In this document: positions 10,216 through 22,890 of the stretch, in pieces
How positions within the stretch are numbered: position 1 is the stretch's first letter
Layout of the letters: the number at the start of each line of letters is the position of its first letter
Source: an uncultured Lachnospiraceae bacterium
GTDB lineage: Bacteria; Bacillota; Clostridia; Oscillospirales; CAG-272
Length of the DNA: 34,534 bases
Direction: 5' to 3'
NCBI GenBank assembly: GCA_964426285.1
Contig: CAYRQA010000003.1
Coordinates: 1 to 34,534 of the forward strand
The notes under the pieces: model-generated
Told to the model about the DNA's origin: nothing
What the model saw: the letters and a program-made list of their open reading frames with translations, nothing else
Databases searched by the model: none
Translations under genes and position numbers: made by a program

Positions 10216-10971
10216 TCAGTTATACCGCTTGGCGGACAGACGAATCCTGTCTTTTTTGGTTACGGTAAGCGTTTCGATCTTGAATTTTCCGACGCCCCGC
10301 ACCGAGATGACCGATCCCTCTGCGATCTCCTCGGACGGTCGCGTGCAAACGCGATAATCGAGCGAAACATCGCCTCGCTCGGTCGCTATCTTCGCTTTTT
10401 CGCGCGAAATGCCGGCAAAAGCCGCCACCGCACAGTCAAGCCGTTCGGAGGCGATCACATCGGTAAAGGGAACGAAGCTCCGCTTGTAGCCCTCGATGAG
10501 CGCACGCTCGCAGAGCGAGACCTTGACCTTGTCCGCACCTACCCGCTCGAGCGGGGATGGCTCAGACAGCAAAAACTGAGCGACCGGAGGCTGCGCAAAG
10601 AGAACCGCTCCCCAGTCAAAGAGGAGAATGTCTCCCATTGCGCTCCGGTCGATGCCGAGCGCCGTCAGAGCGCCCAAAAAGGAGCGGTGGGTAAGCTTCA
10701 CGTATCCGCTGGTGCGGATGGCGATCGGCAGGAAGAAATCGTCGGTATCGAGCATATCTTCTTCCATGTAGTCGGGCAGAAATATAGCAAGCGTGCGTTC
10801 GGCTTCCTCGTATCCTCCCCGAAAACAGACGTGCACAGAACTGCGCTCAAGACAAGCGGCAGCCCGCACCCTCTCCTCGGGCGTAAGAAAGGAGGAAGAG
10901 ATCAGTATGCCCTGCTCTGCCCTGTCGGCAAACTCATCCAGCCGCGCATAAAAAAATTCTTCTTCGTTCAT
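10216..10971 (-). CDS. ylmH: YlmH-family S4-domain RNA-binding protein
   Basis: GGYEEAER, LTHRSFLGAL..LGIDR..GDI, SERLD, ISVRGVGKF; synteny. Confidence 0.92.
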   Translation of the reverse strand: MNEEEFFYARLDEFADRAEQGILISSSFLTPEERVRAAACLERSSVHVCFRGGYEEAERTLAIFLPDYMEEDMLDTDDFFLPIAIRTSGYVKLTHRSFLGALTALGIDRSAMGDILLFDWGAVLFAQPPVAQFLLSEPSPLERVGADKVKVSLCERALIEGYKRSFVPFTDVIASERLDCAVAAFAGISREKAKIATERGDVSLDYRVCTRPSEEIAEGSVISVRGVGKFKIETLTVTKKDRIRLSAKRYN

Positions 10972-11258
10972 ATATACACCACGGGCAGTGCCGACTGGAT
11001 CAGCACGATCGCGATCATAGTCGCCATATAGGGAATATCGAGTACAAAATCGTCAAATGCCCCGAACTTCCCGAAGAGAACGCGCAACGGGTAGATGAGC
11101 GGCTCGGTGGCGTAGTAGAGGAATTTCGAAATGCGACTGTCTTCGTCCATCACGAAGATCGAGCAGATCGCTCTGAGCAGCATCAATATCTGCGCCGCTA
11201 CCAGCGCCACGTAGATGCCCTGAACAAATATATACAGGATATAGATCAGCTGTTCCAC
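10968..11258 (-). CDS. yggT: YggT/YlmG-family membrane protein
   Basis: Hydrophobic, with TEPLIYPLR and LDI motifs; between sepF and ylmH; GTG start. Confidence 0.88.
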   Translation of the reverse strand: MEQLIYILYIFVQGIYVALVAAQILMLLRAICSIFVMDEDSRISKFLYYATEPLIYPLRVLFGKFGAFDDFVLDIPYMATMIAIVLIQSALPVVYI

Positions 11259-11295
11259 AGAATACCCACCTTACCGCTCTTTTGCTTGGAAATGC

Positions 11296-11787
11296 TTAGA
11301 AATTATCGAAGGAATCGCGCATACCGCTCTTGGGCTGCGGCTTTTCACCGGTCAGCATCTCGCCCGAGACCGATACGTTGCTGGGCGTGATGATGAATGT
11401 ATTGTTGGCGACCGCCTTGATCTGTCCGTCGATCGAGTAAGAAACGCCGTTCAGGAAGTCAACGATGCGGTTGGCAACTTCCTTGCTGGTCGCCTCGAGG
11501 TTAAGCACAACTGTGCATCTGTTGAGCAGGTAATCTGCGATCTGTCCGACCGAGTTGAAACTCTCGGGACGAACGACCTTGAGCTCGATCGCGCCGCCGT
11601 TGGACTTGGGGGCAGTGGTACGGGTCGCCTCGGTTTTGTTGTCGGTGTAAGCCATTGTTTTTTCCTCTACTTTCTCTTTTTCTTTTTTCAGTTCTTCCTT
11701 TACTTCGATCTCCTCGTCGAATTCTTCGAGGCTCTCGTCCTCTTCGTCAGCTGTAAACAAGCCGTTCAAAATGCCTTTGATTCCCAT
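11296..11787 (-). CDS. sepF: cell division protein SepF
   Basis: VVRPESF, VVLNLE, RIVDFLNGVSYSIDG, FIITPSNV. Confidence 0.96.
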   Translation of the reverse strand: MGIKGILNGLFTADEEDESLEEFDEEIEVKEELKKEKEKVEEKTMAYTDNKTEATRTTAPKSNGGAIELKVVRPESFNSVGQIADYLLNRCTVVLNLEATSKEVANRIVDFLNGVSYSIDGQIKAVANNTFIITPSNVSVSGEMLTGEKPQPKSGMRDSFDNF

Positions 11788-11790
11788 ATT

Positions 11791-12543
11791 TTATTCCTCC
11801 GTTTTTATAGTTTCGGCTTTCGCCGGATAAAGTCTGTTTCCGAACAAAGCGCTTCCGACCCGAACCAGATCGGAGCCGTTTTGCAGGGCTATCTCGTAGC
11901 TGTCCGACATTCCCATCGACAAAATGGGAAGTCTCTCTCTATTATGGTATTTTTTGCGGAAAATGTCAAGAAAAATTTGCAAACTTTCGGCAAAATATTT
12001 TTCGGGCTCGTCATTTTCCGTGATTTTCGGGGGAATGACCATCATTCCGCAGACCGTAATATGTTCAAGGCGGTCGAGCTCATCGAGCAGCTCGGTCAAC
12101 TCCTCGGGCATCACGCCGCCCTTGCTCGCTTCCCTGCCCACGTTTACTTCTACCAGTATATCCATCACTTTGCCGATCTTTGCGGCTCTGCGATCGATTT
12201 CGGCTGCTAATTTTATACAGTCGACCGAGTGGATCATATCCACCTTGTCTATGATATACTTGACCTTGTTGGTCTGAAGCTGTCCGATGAAGTCGATGCG
12301 CAGATTTTCCTTGTGCAGAGCGTCGTATTTTTCGAGCAGCTCCTGCACACGGTTTTCGCCGATGCAGTCAAGTCCCAGATGGTCAATCGCATAATTGATC
12401 TTCTCTGCGCTGACCGTTTTGGTCGCCGCCAACAGGGTGACTTCACGCCCGCCCGATGCCCTCGCGATCTTCGCCCGCACGTCGGCAAAGCGGGCTTTCA
12501 TCTCTTCGGCTTGAGCCGGGCTAATCGATGATCTTTCCAACAT
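11791..12543 (-). CDS. yggS: YggS/YlmE PLP-homeostasis protein
   Basis: LAATKT (PLP lysine), GENRVQE, FIGQLQTNKVK, LSMGMSDSY, VRVGSALFG; exact start uncertain. Confidence 0.96.
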   Translation of the reverse strand: MLERSSISPAQAEEMKARFADVRAKIARASGGREVTLLAATKTVSAEKINYAIDHLGLDCIGENRVQELLEKYDALHKENLRIDFIGQLQTNKVKYIIDKVDMIHSVDCIKLAAEIDRRAAKIGKVMDILVEVNVGREASKGGVMPEELTELLDELDRLEHITVCGMMVIPPKITENDEPEKYFAESLQIFLDIFRKKYHNRERLPILSMGMSDSYEIALQNGSDLVRVGSALFGNRLYPAKAETIKTEE

Positions 12544-13756
12544 ACAGATCCTTTCCTTTCACAATGATGCGGTCGTAATATTGAAGCATCTTGTATTTGC
12601 CTGTTGCCTCGGCGTCGGCATCGACCGTCACCACGCCGTCCTGCACGTTAACGGGGCTGATCTCGCGGAACTCGACGATTGAGCCTCGCAGAACGTAGAC
12701 GCCGCTGATGCCGTCAAGCGAGCGAACGGCGCTAATCGGTACGCGATAGCCGCTGAACTGCTCCTGCTCGATGGTGACCGTCTGAAAACGGGTGTAAGTA
12801 AAGCCCTCGGGCATCTCCTCCGACTGAAATACCAGCACGCTCTTGTCGTTGCCGTACTCGTAGACCAGTCTGGCAAGCTGCATGGTGAGCGTGCGACCGT
12901 TCTCACCGTCAAAATGAAGGGTGTAGCGCTTCGATTCACTCATACCGCGCGTTTGCTCGACCGGCAACTGGCATACCAGATACCAGTTGTAGTCGGTCAC
13001 GATCTTGCCGACCGTATGCTCGGACAGCTCGGGCGTTTGCTCACCCGCTAGCACGCTCTCGAAGTCGGCAATGGTGGCATTCATCACGCCGTCGGCATCA
13101 AAAAAAGTCTCGTATCCGTCGCATTCCGAGTAGAAATAGCCGAGTTTGTCGGCGCTGAGCGTTTTACCGGGCGCACCCAGTGAAGCTTTGAGCATATTTC
13201 GCTCCTGCACGAGTGCCGCCTGTGTCTCATCGAGCGATTTGCCCGAGCGCATATCGCGCACATAGAGCATCATGAGCAGCTCATCCTCCAGCTCCCTGCT
13301 GATCGGGGCACCATCTGCAACCGCATCGCTCAGCTGTTGCCGCAATACGGCAATCCTGCGGTCTGCGGCGCTGACCGTGTAGATGCCCTTGACCGAGTTC
13401 GCCTCGGCGATCAGGTCGAGCTTGTGATCGATATTTTCGATCGCTTCAAGCTTTGAGCGGTTCTCCTCGGTGTCCGCATAGACGTCCGCCACCTGCGCAC
13501 CGACCGACACACGCTCGCCGTCGGCTACCGTGTAGCCGAGATAGCCGTTCGTCTGGAGTTCCAGAACGCTTTCCGAGCGGATAATATAGCCTTGTGCGCG
13601 GATATCCTCACTCGTATCGATGCGCACCGTATCAGCCGTTTCGACCTCCTGTACCATCGATCCGCCGATCTGGAAGGCGATGTCAACGATCACGATCACA
13701 GCCGCCAATGCAAGCGCCGCATAGCCGAGTATTCGCAGTAAATATTTTTTATCCAT
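12521..13756 (-). CDS. single-pass membrane protein resembling HlyD/membrane-fusion adaptors
   Basis: N-terminal TM helix, lipoyl-like half motif (GYIIRSE...VADGERVSVG), helical hairpin, C-terminal RVPISAV...GVYV segment; overlaps the yggS start. Confidence 0.75.
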   Translation of the reverse strand: MDKKYLLRILGYAALALAAVIVIVDIAFQIGGSMVQEVETADTVRIDTSEDIRAQGYIIRSESVLELQTNGYLGYTVADGERVSVGAQVADVYADTEENRSKLEAIENIDHKLDLIAEANSVKGIYTVSAADRRIAVLRQQLSDAVADGAPISRELEDELLMMLYVRDMRSGKSLDETQAALVQERNMLKASLGAPGKTLSADKLGYFYSECDGYETFFDADGVMNATIADFESVLAGEQTPELSEHTVGKIVTDYNWYLVCQLPVEQTRGMSESKRYTLHFDGENGRTLTMQLARLVYEYGNDKSVLVFQSEEMPEGFTYTRFQTVTIEQEQFSGYRVPISAVRSLDGISGVYVLRGSIVEFREISPVNVQDGVVTVDADAEATGKYKMLQYYDRIIVKGKDLYVGKIID

Positions 13757-13804
13757 TTTCTATGCCGCACTCCCGAATCAATCTGATTTCTACCGATAAA
13801 CTAT

Positions 13805-13833
13805 ATTATATCATATATTGGCTCATTTGAGAA
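13805..13833 (-). promoter_or_regulatory. extended -10 promoter for the HlyD-like/yggS/sepF block
   Basis: Minus strand TG-A-TATAAT (13813-13805) with a weak -35 TTCTCA 17 nt upstream, inside the miaA 3' end. Confidence 0.6.
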
Positions 13834-14728
13834 GCGATAATGCAAAATTTACAATATCTTCAAAGTTCTCGCCGTGACCCACGTCGTAAGGGGTGACGCC
13901 TGCCATGTGACGGAACCAGGTCAGCTGCCGCTTGGCGTAGTTGCGGCTGGCTTTCTTGATCTGCCCGACCGCTTCATCGAGCGAACAGCGCCCTTCCCTG
14001 TATGCAATAAGCTCCTTGTAACCGATCGCCTGTCCCGCAGTGCTAGCAGGATCGAGCTTCAATCGGTCGACCTCTTCAAGCAGTCCTGCCTCCATCATCA
14101 CGTCGACCCTTTGATCGATGCGTCGATAGAGCCACTCGCGATCGGACGAATGGAGGAAGAGGACAGCCGCATCGTCCCGTAAAATACCCGTCTGACAGCG
14201 GCGATCCCATTCGCTTTTGGGCACGCCCGACAGCTGATAGATCTCGAGCGCACGCACCACTCGCCGTAGGTTGTTGGGATGGATCGCCGCCGCACTCTCG
14301 GGGTCGCAGGCGGCAAGCGCTCTGTGATTCTCCTCGGGAGTGTTTTGGAGCAGCCGCGCACGGAGTGCTTCATCCGCAGGCGGCGACTGCAGCTCACCCT
14401 CGGCGAGCACCTGTTGCAGATAGAGCCCCGTTCCGCCGCAGAAGATGGGCAGCTTGCCCCTGCGCTTGATATCCGCAACCGCCTTCCCTGCGGCGCTCAC
14501 GTATTCGGCAAGCGAATAGTTCTCCGACGGGTCTGCCACGTCGAGCAAGTGATGGGGCACGCGCGCACGCTCGTCAGCACTCGCCTTGGCTGTGCCGACG
14601 TCCATGCCTCGATAGACCTGCATACTGTCGCAGGATATGATCTCGCCGCCCGTACGGGAGGCGACTTCGAGCGCCAATTCGCTCTTTCCGATCGCCGTCG
14701 GTCCGACGATTGCAAAAATTTCAGTCAC
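13823..14728 (-). CDS. miaA: tRNA (adenosine-37-N6) dimethylallyltransferase
   Basis: GPTAIGKS P-loop, SCDSMQVYRGMDVGTAK, GGTGLY, QAIGYKE, YAKRQLTWFR; GTG start. Confidence 0.98.
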   Translation of the reverse strand: MTEIFAIVGPTAIGKSELALEVASRTGGEIISCDSMQVYRGMDVGTAKASADERARVPHHLLDVADPSENYSLAEYVSAAGKAVADIKRRGKLPIFCGGTGLYLQQVLAEGELQSPPADEALRARLLQNTPEENHRALAACDPESAAAIHPNNLRRVVRALEIYQLSGVPKSEWDRRCQTGILRDDAAVLFLHSSDREWLYRRIDQRVDVMMEAGLLEEVDRLKLDPASTAGQAIGYKELIAYREGRCSLDEAVGQIKKASRNYAKRQLTWFRHMAGVTPYDVGHGENFEDIVNFALSLLK

Positions 14729-14790
14729 CTTGATCGATCAATCGAACCGTCACTCGGTTCTCTTCTCCATAGCATAATTGATTACCTTAT

Positions 14791-14855
14791 ATTATAACAT
14801 ATCGTGTCGCAAATTGCAAGAATTTCCTTGACAAATTCGGCAAATCGGGTATACT
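14791..14855. promoter_or_regulatory. back-to-back divergent sigma-A promoters (miaA and methyltransferase)
   Basis: Minus: TTGCAA (14819-14814), 17 nt, TATAAT (14796-14791) with TG. Plus: TTGACA (14828-14833), 16 nt, TATACT (14850-14855). Confidence 0.75.
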
Positions 14856-14890
14856 TAATAAGGAAAGAATCGTCGGAGGTACAAGATGCC

Positions 14891-15745
14891 ATGAACGCTG
14901 AAAATATACTGATCTGTCCCGTCTGCCGCCGCAAGCTGAATGCCGAAGAATCGCTCACCCCCACACCCGAAAGCAACAGGCGGGCGTGGAGCTGCCCCCA
15001 TCGTCACAGCTTTGATATGGCATCGGCAGGCTACCTGAATCTGCTCCCGCCCTCGGGCAAGGGCATTCACGGTGATAACAAGCAAATGATCGAGGCTCGC
15101 CGCACACTGCTCGACAGCGGGCTCTACGCCCCCTTGCGGGAACGCCTGGTTTCGCTCCTGACCGACCGCCTGCAAGCCGATGCCGTCATCTGGGACAGCG
15201 GCTGCGGAGAGGGCTATTACACCGCCGAGGTCGCAAAGGCAGGAAGCAAATACCGATGGTCGGTCTACGGCTCCGATCTGTCCAAGGATGGGCTGAAGGC
15301 TGCCGCCAAGCGCTCGTCCGAGCTGACGCTCGTCGCGGCATCCTCCTATCAGCTGCCCGCGGCGACCGCCTCCTGCGATGCGCTCCTCTGCCTGTTCGCC
15401 CCCGAAGCGATCGAGGAATTCCGCCGCCTGCTCAAGACGGGCGGTCTGATGATCGAGGCAGTACCGGGTGAGCAGCACCTCTTCGGGCTCAAACAGGCGA
15501 TTTACGACACGCCGTATGAGAATACCGTCAACCGTAAAGCGCCGAGCGGATTTGAGATCGCCGACTGCATCGAGCTTCGCTACAGCGTGACGCTCAATGA
15601 CAAGGCGCTGATCTCACACCTTTTCGGGATGACACCCTACGCCTACCACACGAACGCAGCAGGGCTCGAGCGTGCAGCCGCTCTGACCACCCTCACGACC
15701 GACCTGCATTTTTATCTCTTCGTCTATCAGAAAATCAATGTGTAG
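14891..15745 (+). CDS. rlmA: RlmA-like rRNA (guanine-N1) methyltransferase
   Basis: Zn knuckle CPVC...CPHRHSFD...GYLNLL, HGDNKQMIEARR, DSGCGEGYY, MTPY; GGAGGT SD before ATG 14891. Confidence 0.85.
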   Translation: MNAENILICPVCRRKLNAEESLTPTPESNRRAWSCPHRHSFDMASAGYLNLLPPSGKGIHGDNKQMIEARRTLLDSGLYAPLRERLVSLLTDRLQADAVIWDSGCGEGYYTAEVAKAGSKYRWSVYGSDLSKDGLKAAAKRSSELTLVAASSYQLPAATASCDALLCLFAPEAIEEFRRLLKTGGLMIEAVPGEQHLFGLKQAIYDTPYENTVNRKAPSGFEIADCIELRYSVTLNDKALISHLFGMTPYAYHTNAAGLERAAALTTLTTDLHFYLFVYQKINV

Positions 15746-15900
15746 ATGCATTTTGTTGATTTTGCATAAAATATACACAAATACAGAGCAAAATTAGGGG
15801 GCTTGTTACATAATGCAACAAATTGTCGTCTGAGATTTACGATAAATTGTAAATAATTTCAAACAAAATGAAAATTTTAAAAAAATCACTAGAAAAAGAC

Positions 15901-15929
15901 TTGACAAGAGGTTGATTTTCGTGTAAAAT
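15901..15929 (+). promoter_or_regulatory. sigma-A promoter of the solute-binding lipoprotein
   Basis: TTGACA, 17 nt, TAAAAT, with an A-rich upstream tract. Confidence 0.8.
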
Positions 15930-15964
15930 ATGATCGTCAAAACTATATAAGGAGTGAATCAAAA

Positions 15965-17485
15965 ATGACACGCAAACTCATTTCTCTTTTCCTCTGTGCA
16001 GCTTTTGCAGCCGGTTCACTGTCTCTGTTGGCGTCCTGTGCGGACAGCGGTAATGACGGAGATGACGGCGGTGAAGTCGCTGAGAGCCCTTCCGTGAAGG
16101 TGCCGATCGAGCTGACTTTCAAAGATCTGCCCGAGGAAGAAAGAACCATCAACATTGCCTACGTTGAAGGCGGCAACATGACGCTCACCGAGCACTCTCT
16201 GGTGGTCGATGACGACAACATTGACAAAACCGACAACGTAGACATCGCAGTTCAGACCAGAAACCAGCACGTTCAGAGCCAGCTCGGCGTCAAGCTGAAC
16301 GCAATCAAGGTATCCGAGGACTTCGGTGCACTTGCTGAAGAGGTCAAGGACGAAATTTCGATCGGTTCGGGTGCATATGACCTGCTGGCAGCTTACCAGT
16401 ACTACTCCATCGGTATGGCAGTATCTGACGGCACCAGCCTTGTACTCAACCTGAACAACCTCTCTGCTGTAGGTCCCGACGCCGTCAATGCAGATTACAT
16501 CGATATGTACGCATCCTACTGGGGCGGTGCTTACAACGACGCTCTGTCCTACAAGCAGGCATACTACTGGCTCACCGGCGACATCGCTCTCCGTTACCTG
16601 GGCGGTATGTACTGCACCTTCGTTAACTCGAAGACCTATGCCGAGAGACTCGAAGCAGACTACGGCAACATCTACGCGATCGCAAAATCGGGCAACTGGA
16701 CACTCGACATGATGATGGAAATGTCGGCTAAGTGCTACCAGGACGTAAACACCGACGATACGCCCAACGAAGGCGATAAGTTCGGTTTCGGCTTCGAAAT
16801 GCAGGACCCGATCGACGGTATCGTATTTGCATCCGGCGTACAGTTCTCCTACAGAGATCCCAACACCGGCGACATCTCCCTCACTTTCAACAACCAGCAC
16901 GCTGTTGATACCTCTACCAAGATGCGCGCACTCCTGAAGGATGCTGCATCCTTTGAGTTCGCTGCAACTGACTCCGAGACTGTCATGACCAACTTTGCTG
17001 CCGGCAACGTAGCGTTCACCATCAACAAGATCTTCATGTCCCAGGTTTACCTGACTGAGTTCAATGACTTCTACCTGATCCCCGCTCCCAAGTACGACAC
17101 CAATCAGGCTAACTACATCACTGGTATCCATGACGGCGTAACCCTGTTCGGTATCCCGATCGACTGCTACAAGCTTCCCCAGACCGCTGCTACCCTCGAA
17201 CTGATGGCTGCTTACAGCGAACAGTACGTGAAACCCGCTTACTACGACGCAGCACTGAAGAACCGTTACGTACGCGATCCTCAGGCAGCTGAGATGATCG
17301 ACCTGATTCACTCTAACGTTAACACCGACTTCGTTGCAGCATGGTCCAACTCGCTTGACAACATCGTTCACGCGTACAGAGGCTATACTCCCATCGACTC
17401 TGCTTACTTCGGCAGACGTTACGATAACTGGATCAAGCTCCTCTCTGATCTGACCACCGGTCTTGAAACGGCAGCTGTAAACTAA
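15965..17485 (+). CDS. extracellular solute-binding lipoprotein (probably carbohydrate-type)
   Basis: Signal peptide with LASC lipobox; RN..V..LGV, G.WTLD, P.PKYD..Q..Y, LK.RYVRD..EMIDLI segments typical of clostridial SBPs; AAGGAG SD. Confidence 0.8.
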   Translation: MTRKLISLFLCAAFAAGSLSLLASCADSGNDGDDGGEVAESPSVKVPIELTFKDLPEEERTINIAYVEGGNMTLTEHSLVVDDDNIDKTDNVDIAVQTRNQHVQSQLGVKLNAIKVSEDFGALAEEVKDEISIGSGAYDLLAAYQYYSIGMAVSDGTSLVLNLNNLSAVGPDAVNADYIDMYASYWGGAYNDALSYKQAYYWLTGDIALRYLGGMYCTFVNSKTYAERLEADYGNIYAIAKSGNWTLDMMMEMSAKCYQDVNTDDTPNEGDKFGFGFEMQDPIDGIVFASGVQFSYRDPNTGDISLTFNNQHAVDTSTKMRALLKDAASFEFAATDSETVMTNFAAGNVAFTINKIFMSQVYLTEFNDFYLIPAPKYDTNQANYITGIHDGVTLFGIPIDCYKLPQTAATLELMAAYSEQYVKPAYYDAALKNRYVRDPQAAEMIDLIHSNVNTDFVAAWSNSLDNIVHAYRGYTPIDSAYFGRRYDNWIKLLSDLTTGLETAAVN

Positions 17486-17507
17486 GTTGTCTATTTAAGC
17501 AATTACC

Positions 17508-17539
17508 AAATAAGGACGGCATATGCCGTCCTTATTTTT
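17508..17539 (+). terminator. intrinsic terminator of the SBP gene
   Basis: Perfect palindrome AAATAAGGACGGCAT/ATGCCGTCCTTATTT followed by Ts. Confidence 0.9.
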
Positions 17540-17569
17540 GTCGCTCTACTTCCCTGTCTTAATGATCAG

Positions 17570-17606
17570 AAAACGGACTGTTGCAGTAATGCAACAGTCC
17601 GTTTTT
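17570..17606 (-). terminator. intrinsic terminator of the beta-galactosidase gene (bidirectional shape)
   Basis: AAAACGGACTGTTGCA-GTAA-TGCAACAGTCCGTTTT. Confidence 0.88.
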
Positions 17607-17630
17607 AGTTTACTCAATATTCACGACCGA

Positions 17631-20684
<3,054 letters not shown>

Positions 20685-20703
20685 TCACTTTCGTGCGGGA
20701 AAT

Positions 20704-21348
20704 TTATTTCATGGTCTCCTGTTTGACCTTATGATCGACTACGTGGCGTTTGGCAAGCTCATCGCGTACATCGTTGATGTCGATGCCCATTTCGACCATG
20801 AGCACCATCACGTGATAGGCAAGGTCTGCGATCTCGTAGGTCGCTTCCTCCTTGCTGTTCTTCGCGCCGATGATGACCTCGGTCGATTCCTCTCCCACCT
20901 TCTTGAGGATCTTATCCAGTCCCTTTTCGAAGAGGTAGGTAGTGTAGCTGCCTTCTTTTTTATCGGTCTTTCTGCCCTTGATCAGCTCATAGAGCGCATC
21001 GATCGTGAAGGGGTTCTTTGCCTCACTGACGTAAAGGTAATCGGAGAAGCAGCTTTCGCTGCCCGTGTGGCAGGCAGGTCCGTCCTTGACGACGCTGACG
21101 ACGAGTGCGTCGCGGTCGCAGTCTGCTTCGATCGAGACGATGTGCTGATAGTTGCCCGAGGTCTCGCCCTTGAGCCAGAGTTCCTGACGCGAGCGCGAGA
21201 AGAAGCAGGTCAGCTCTTTTTCGATGCTGATCTCAAGGCTCTCACGGCTCATATAGGCGAGGGTGAGCACCTCTCTCGTGTAATAATCCTGTACGATGGC
21301 GGGGATCAGTCCCTTTTCATCGAATTTAAGTTCGCTGAGTGCAATCAT
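20704..21348 (-). CDS. hisIE: bifunctional phosphoribosyl-AMP cyclohydrolase / phosphoribosyl-ATP pyrophosphatase
   Basis: [42 protein letters not shown]; start set at ATG 21348 with AAGGA SD. Confidence 0.97.
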   Translation of the reverse strand: MIALSELKFDEKGLIPAIVQDYYTREVLTLAYMSRESLEISIEKELTCFFSRSRQELWLKGETSGNYQHIVSIEADCDRDALVVSVVKDGPACHTGSESCFSDYLYVSEAKNPFTIDALYELIKGRKTDKKEGSYTTYLFEKGLDKILKKVGEESTEVIIGAKNSKEEATYEIADLAYHVMVLMVEMGIDINDVRDELAKRHVVDHKVKQETMK

Positions 21349-21373
21349 TTTACTGTCCTTTCGGAAATGTGTT

Positions 21374-22132
21374 TTATCGGCGGACTGCGATGCCTTCATC
21401 GGCAAGACGCGCCTTCAAATCGCCGATGGCGACCTGTTTGAAGTGGAAGACCGATGCGGCAAGTCCCGCGTCGACTTTGGGGAGTGTCTTGAAGAGGGTG
21501 ACGAAATCATCGATGCAGCCCGCACCGCCCGATGCGATGATCGGAATGGACACTTTACTTGCGATGGCATCGAGCATTTCGAGGTCAAAGCCGCCCTTGA
21601 CACCGTCGGTATCGATCGAGTTGATGACCAGCTCGCCCGCACCTCTTGCTTCGCCCTCAATTGCCCAAGCGACTGCCTCACGCTCGGTGATCTCTCTGCC
21701 GCCCTTGCGGAAGACACGGAAAACGCCGTCCACGCGTCTTACATCCATTGAGAGGACGACGCACTGGTCGCCGTATTTATGAGCACCCTTGTCGATGAGC
21801 GTTGGATCGTCGAGTGCGCCTGAGTTGACGCTGACCTTGTCTGCGCCGCAGCCGAGCACTCTTGCAAAATCGTCGAGCGTTCGGATACCGCCGCCGACGG
21901 TGAGGGGAACGAAGATCTGCGAGGCAGTCCTCGTGAGGATCTCGGTAAAGAGCTTGCGCTCCTCGAAGGAGGCGGTGATGTCGTAGAAGACGAGCTCGTC
22001 TGCACCCGCGTCGCTGTAGTAAGCCGCCAGTTCCACAGGGTCGCACACGTCCTTTACGCCCTCGAAATTAGTGCCTTTGACCACCTTATTGCCTCTGATA
22101 TCGAGACAGGGGATGATTCTCTTTGCAAGCAT
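21374..22132 (-). CDS. hisF: imidazole glycerol phosphate synthase cyclase subunit
   Basis: [44 protein letters not shown]. Confidence 0.98.
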   Translation of the reverse strand: MLAKRIIPCLDIRGNKVVKGTNFEGVKDVCDPVELAAYYSDAGADELVFYDITASFEERKLFTEILTRTASQIFVPLTVGGGIRTLDDFARVLGCGADKVSVNSGALDDPTLIDKGAHKYGDQCVVLSMDVRRVDGVFRVFRKGGREITEREAVAWAIEGEARGAGELVINSIDTDGVKGGFDLEMLDAIASKVSIPIIASGGAGCIDDFVTLFKTLPKVDAGLAASVFHFKQVAIGDLKARLADEGIAVRR

Positions 22133-22135
22133 AGC

Positions 22136-22858
22136 TTACTTCCCTTTCTTTTCGGCGATCTCAACTGCTCGCGCGAGGTCGAGTTTCCCGGTATAGAGTG
22201 CCTTTCCGAGGATTGCGCCCGAAATGCCCATCTCGGTGAGCGTTTCGATCTCATGCTCAAAGGTAATGCCGCCCGATGCGACGATGTTAAGCCCTTCGAT
22301 CTTCGCCAGTTCGCGGTAGATTTCAAGATTCGTGCCCGATAGCGTGCCATCCTTGGAAATATCGGTATAGATGACCGTTTTCACGCCCATTTCGGCGAGT
22401 TTTTTGCAAAAATCGACCGAATCAACATCGGTGACCGTCTTCCATCCGTGGATGGCGACCTTGCCGTCGCGTGCGTCGACGCCGACTGCGATCTTCTCGC
22501 CGTATTTAGCGGTCATTTCAGCGACGAATTCGGGCTTTTCAACGGCGACCGAGCCGAGGATCACTCTGCCGACGCCTGCCGAGAGGTAGGTCTTGATACG
22601 CTCCTCATCGCGGATACCGCCGCCGACCTCGACAAAGAGATCGTGTGCAGCGAGCTTTACGATGGTGTCGTAATTGGCGAGCGTGCCGTCCTTTGCACCG
22701 TCGAGGTCGACGACGTGGAGGTTGGATGCGCCTGCCGCGAGGAACTGATCGGCGATCTCATCGGGGTTGGTGGCATAGACCACCATTTGATCGTAATCGC
22801 CCTGCGTCAGACGGACGACATTGCCGTCGCGCAGGTCGATTGCGGGGAATATTTTCAT
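22136..22858 (-). CDS. hisA: ProFAR isomerase
   Basis: IFPAIDL..G..VRL.QG, HVVDLDGA, VGGGIR, YTDISKDGTLSG. Confidence 0.98.
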   Translation of the reverse strand: MKIFPAIDLRDGNVVRLTQGDYDQMVVYATNPDEIADQFLAAGASNLHVVDLDGAKDGTLANYDTIVKLAAHDLFVEVGGGIRDEERIKTYLSAGVGRVILGSVAVEKPEFVAEMTAKYGEKIAVGVDARDGKVAIHGWKTVTDVDSVDFCKKLAEMGVKTVIYTDISKDGTLSGTNLEIYRELAKIEGLNIVASGGITFEHEIETLTEMGISGAILGKALYTGKLDLARAVEIAEKKGK

Positions 22859-22890
22859 TGTTTTTTCCTTTCGGTTGGTGAGGTTGCTTT

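Noticed and set aside
15803-15821. Rex operator
   Set aside because: Spacing is 19 bp rather than 18 bp; kept only as an unassigned palindrome
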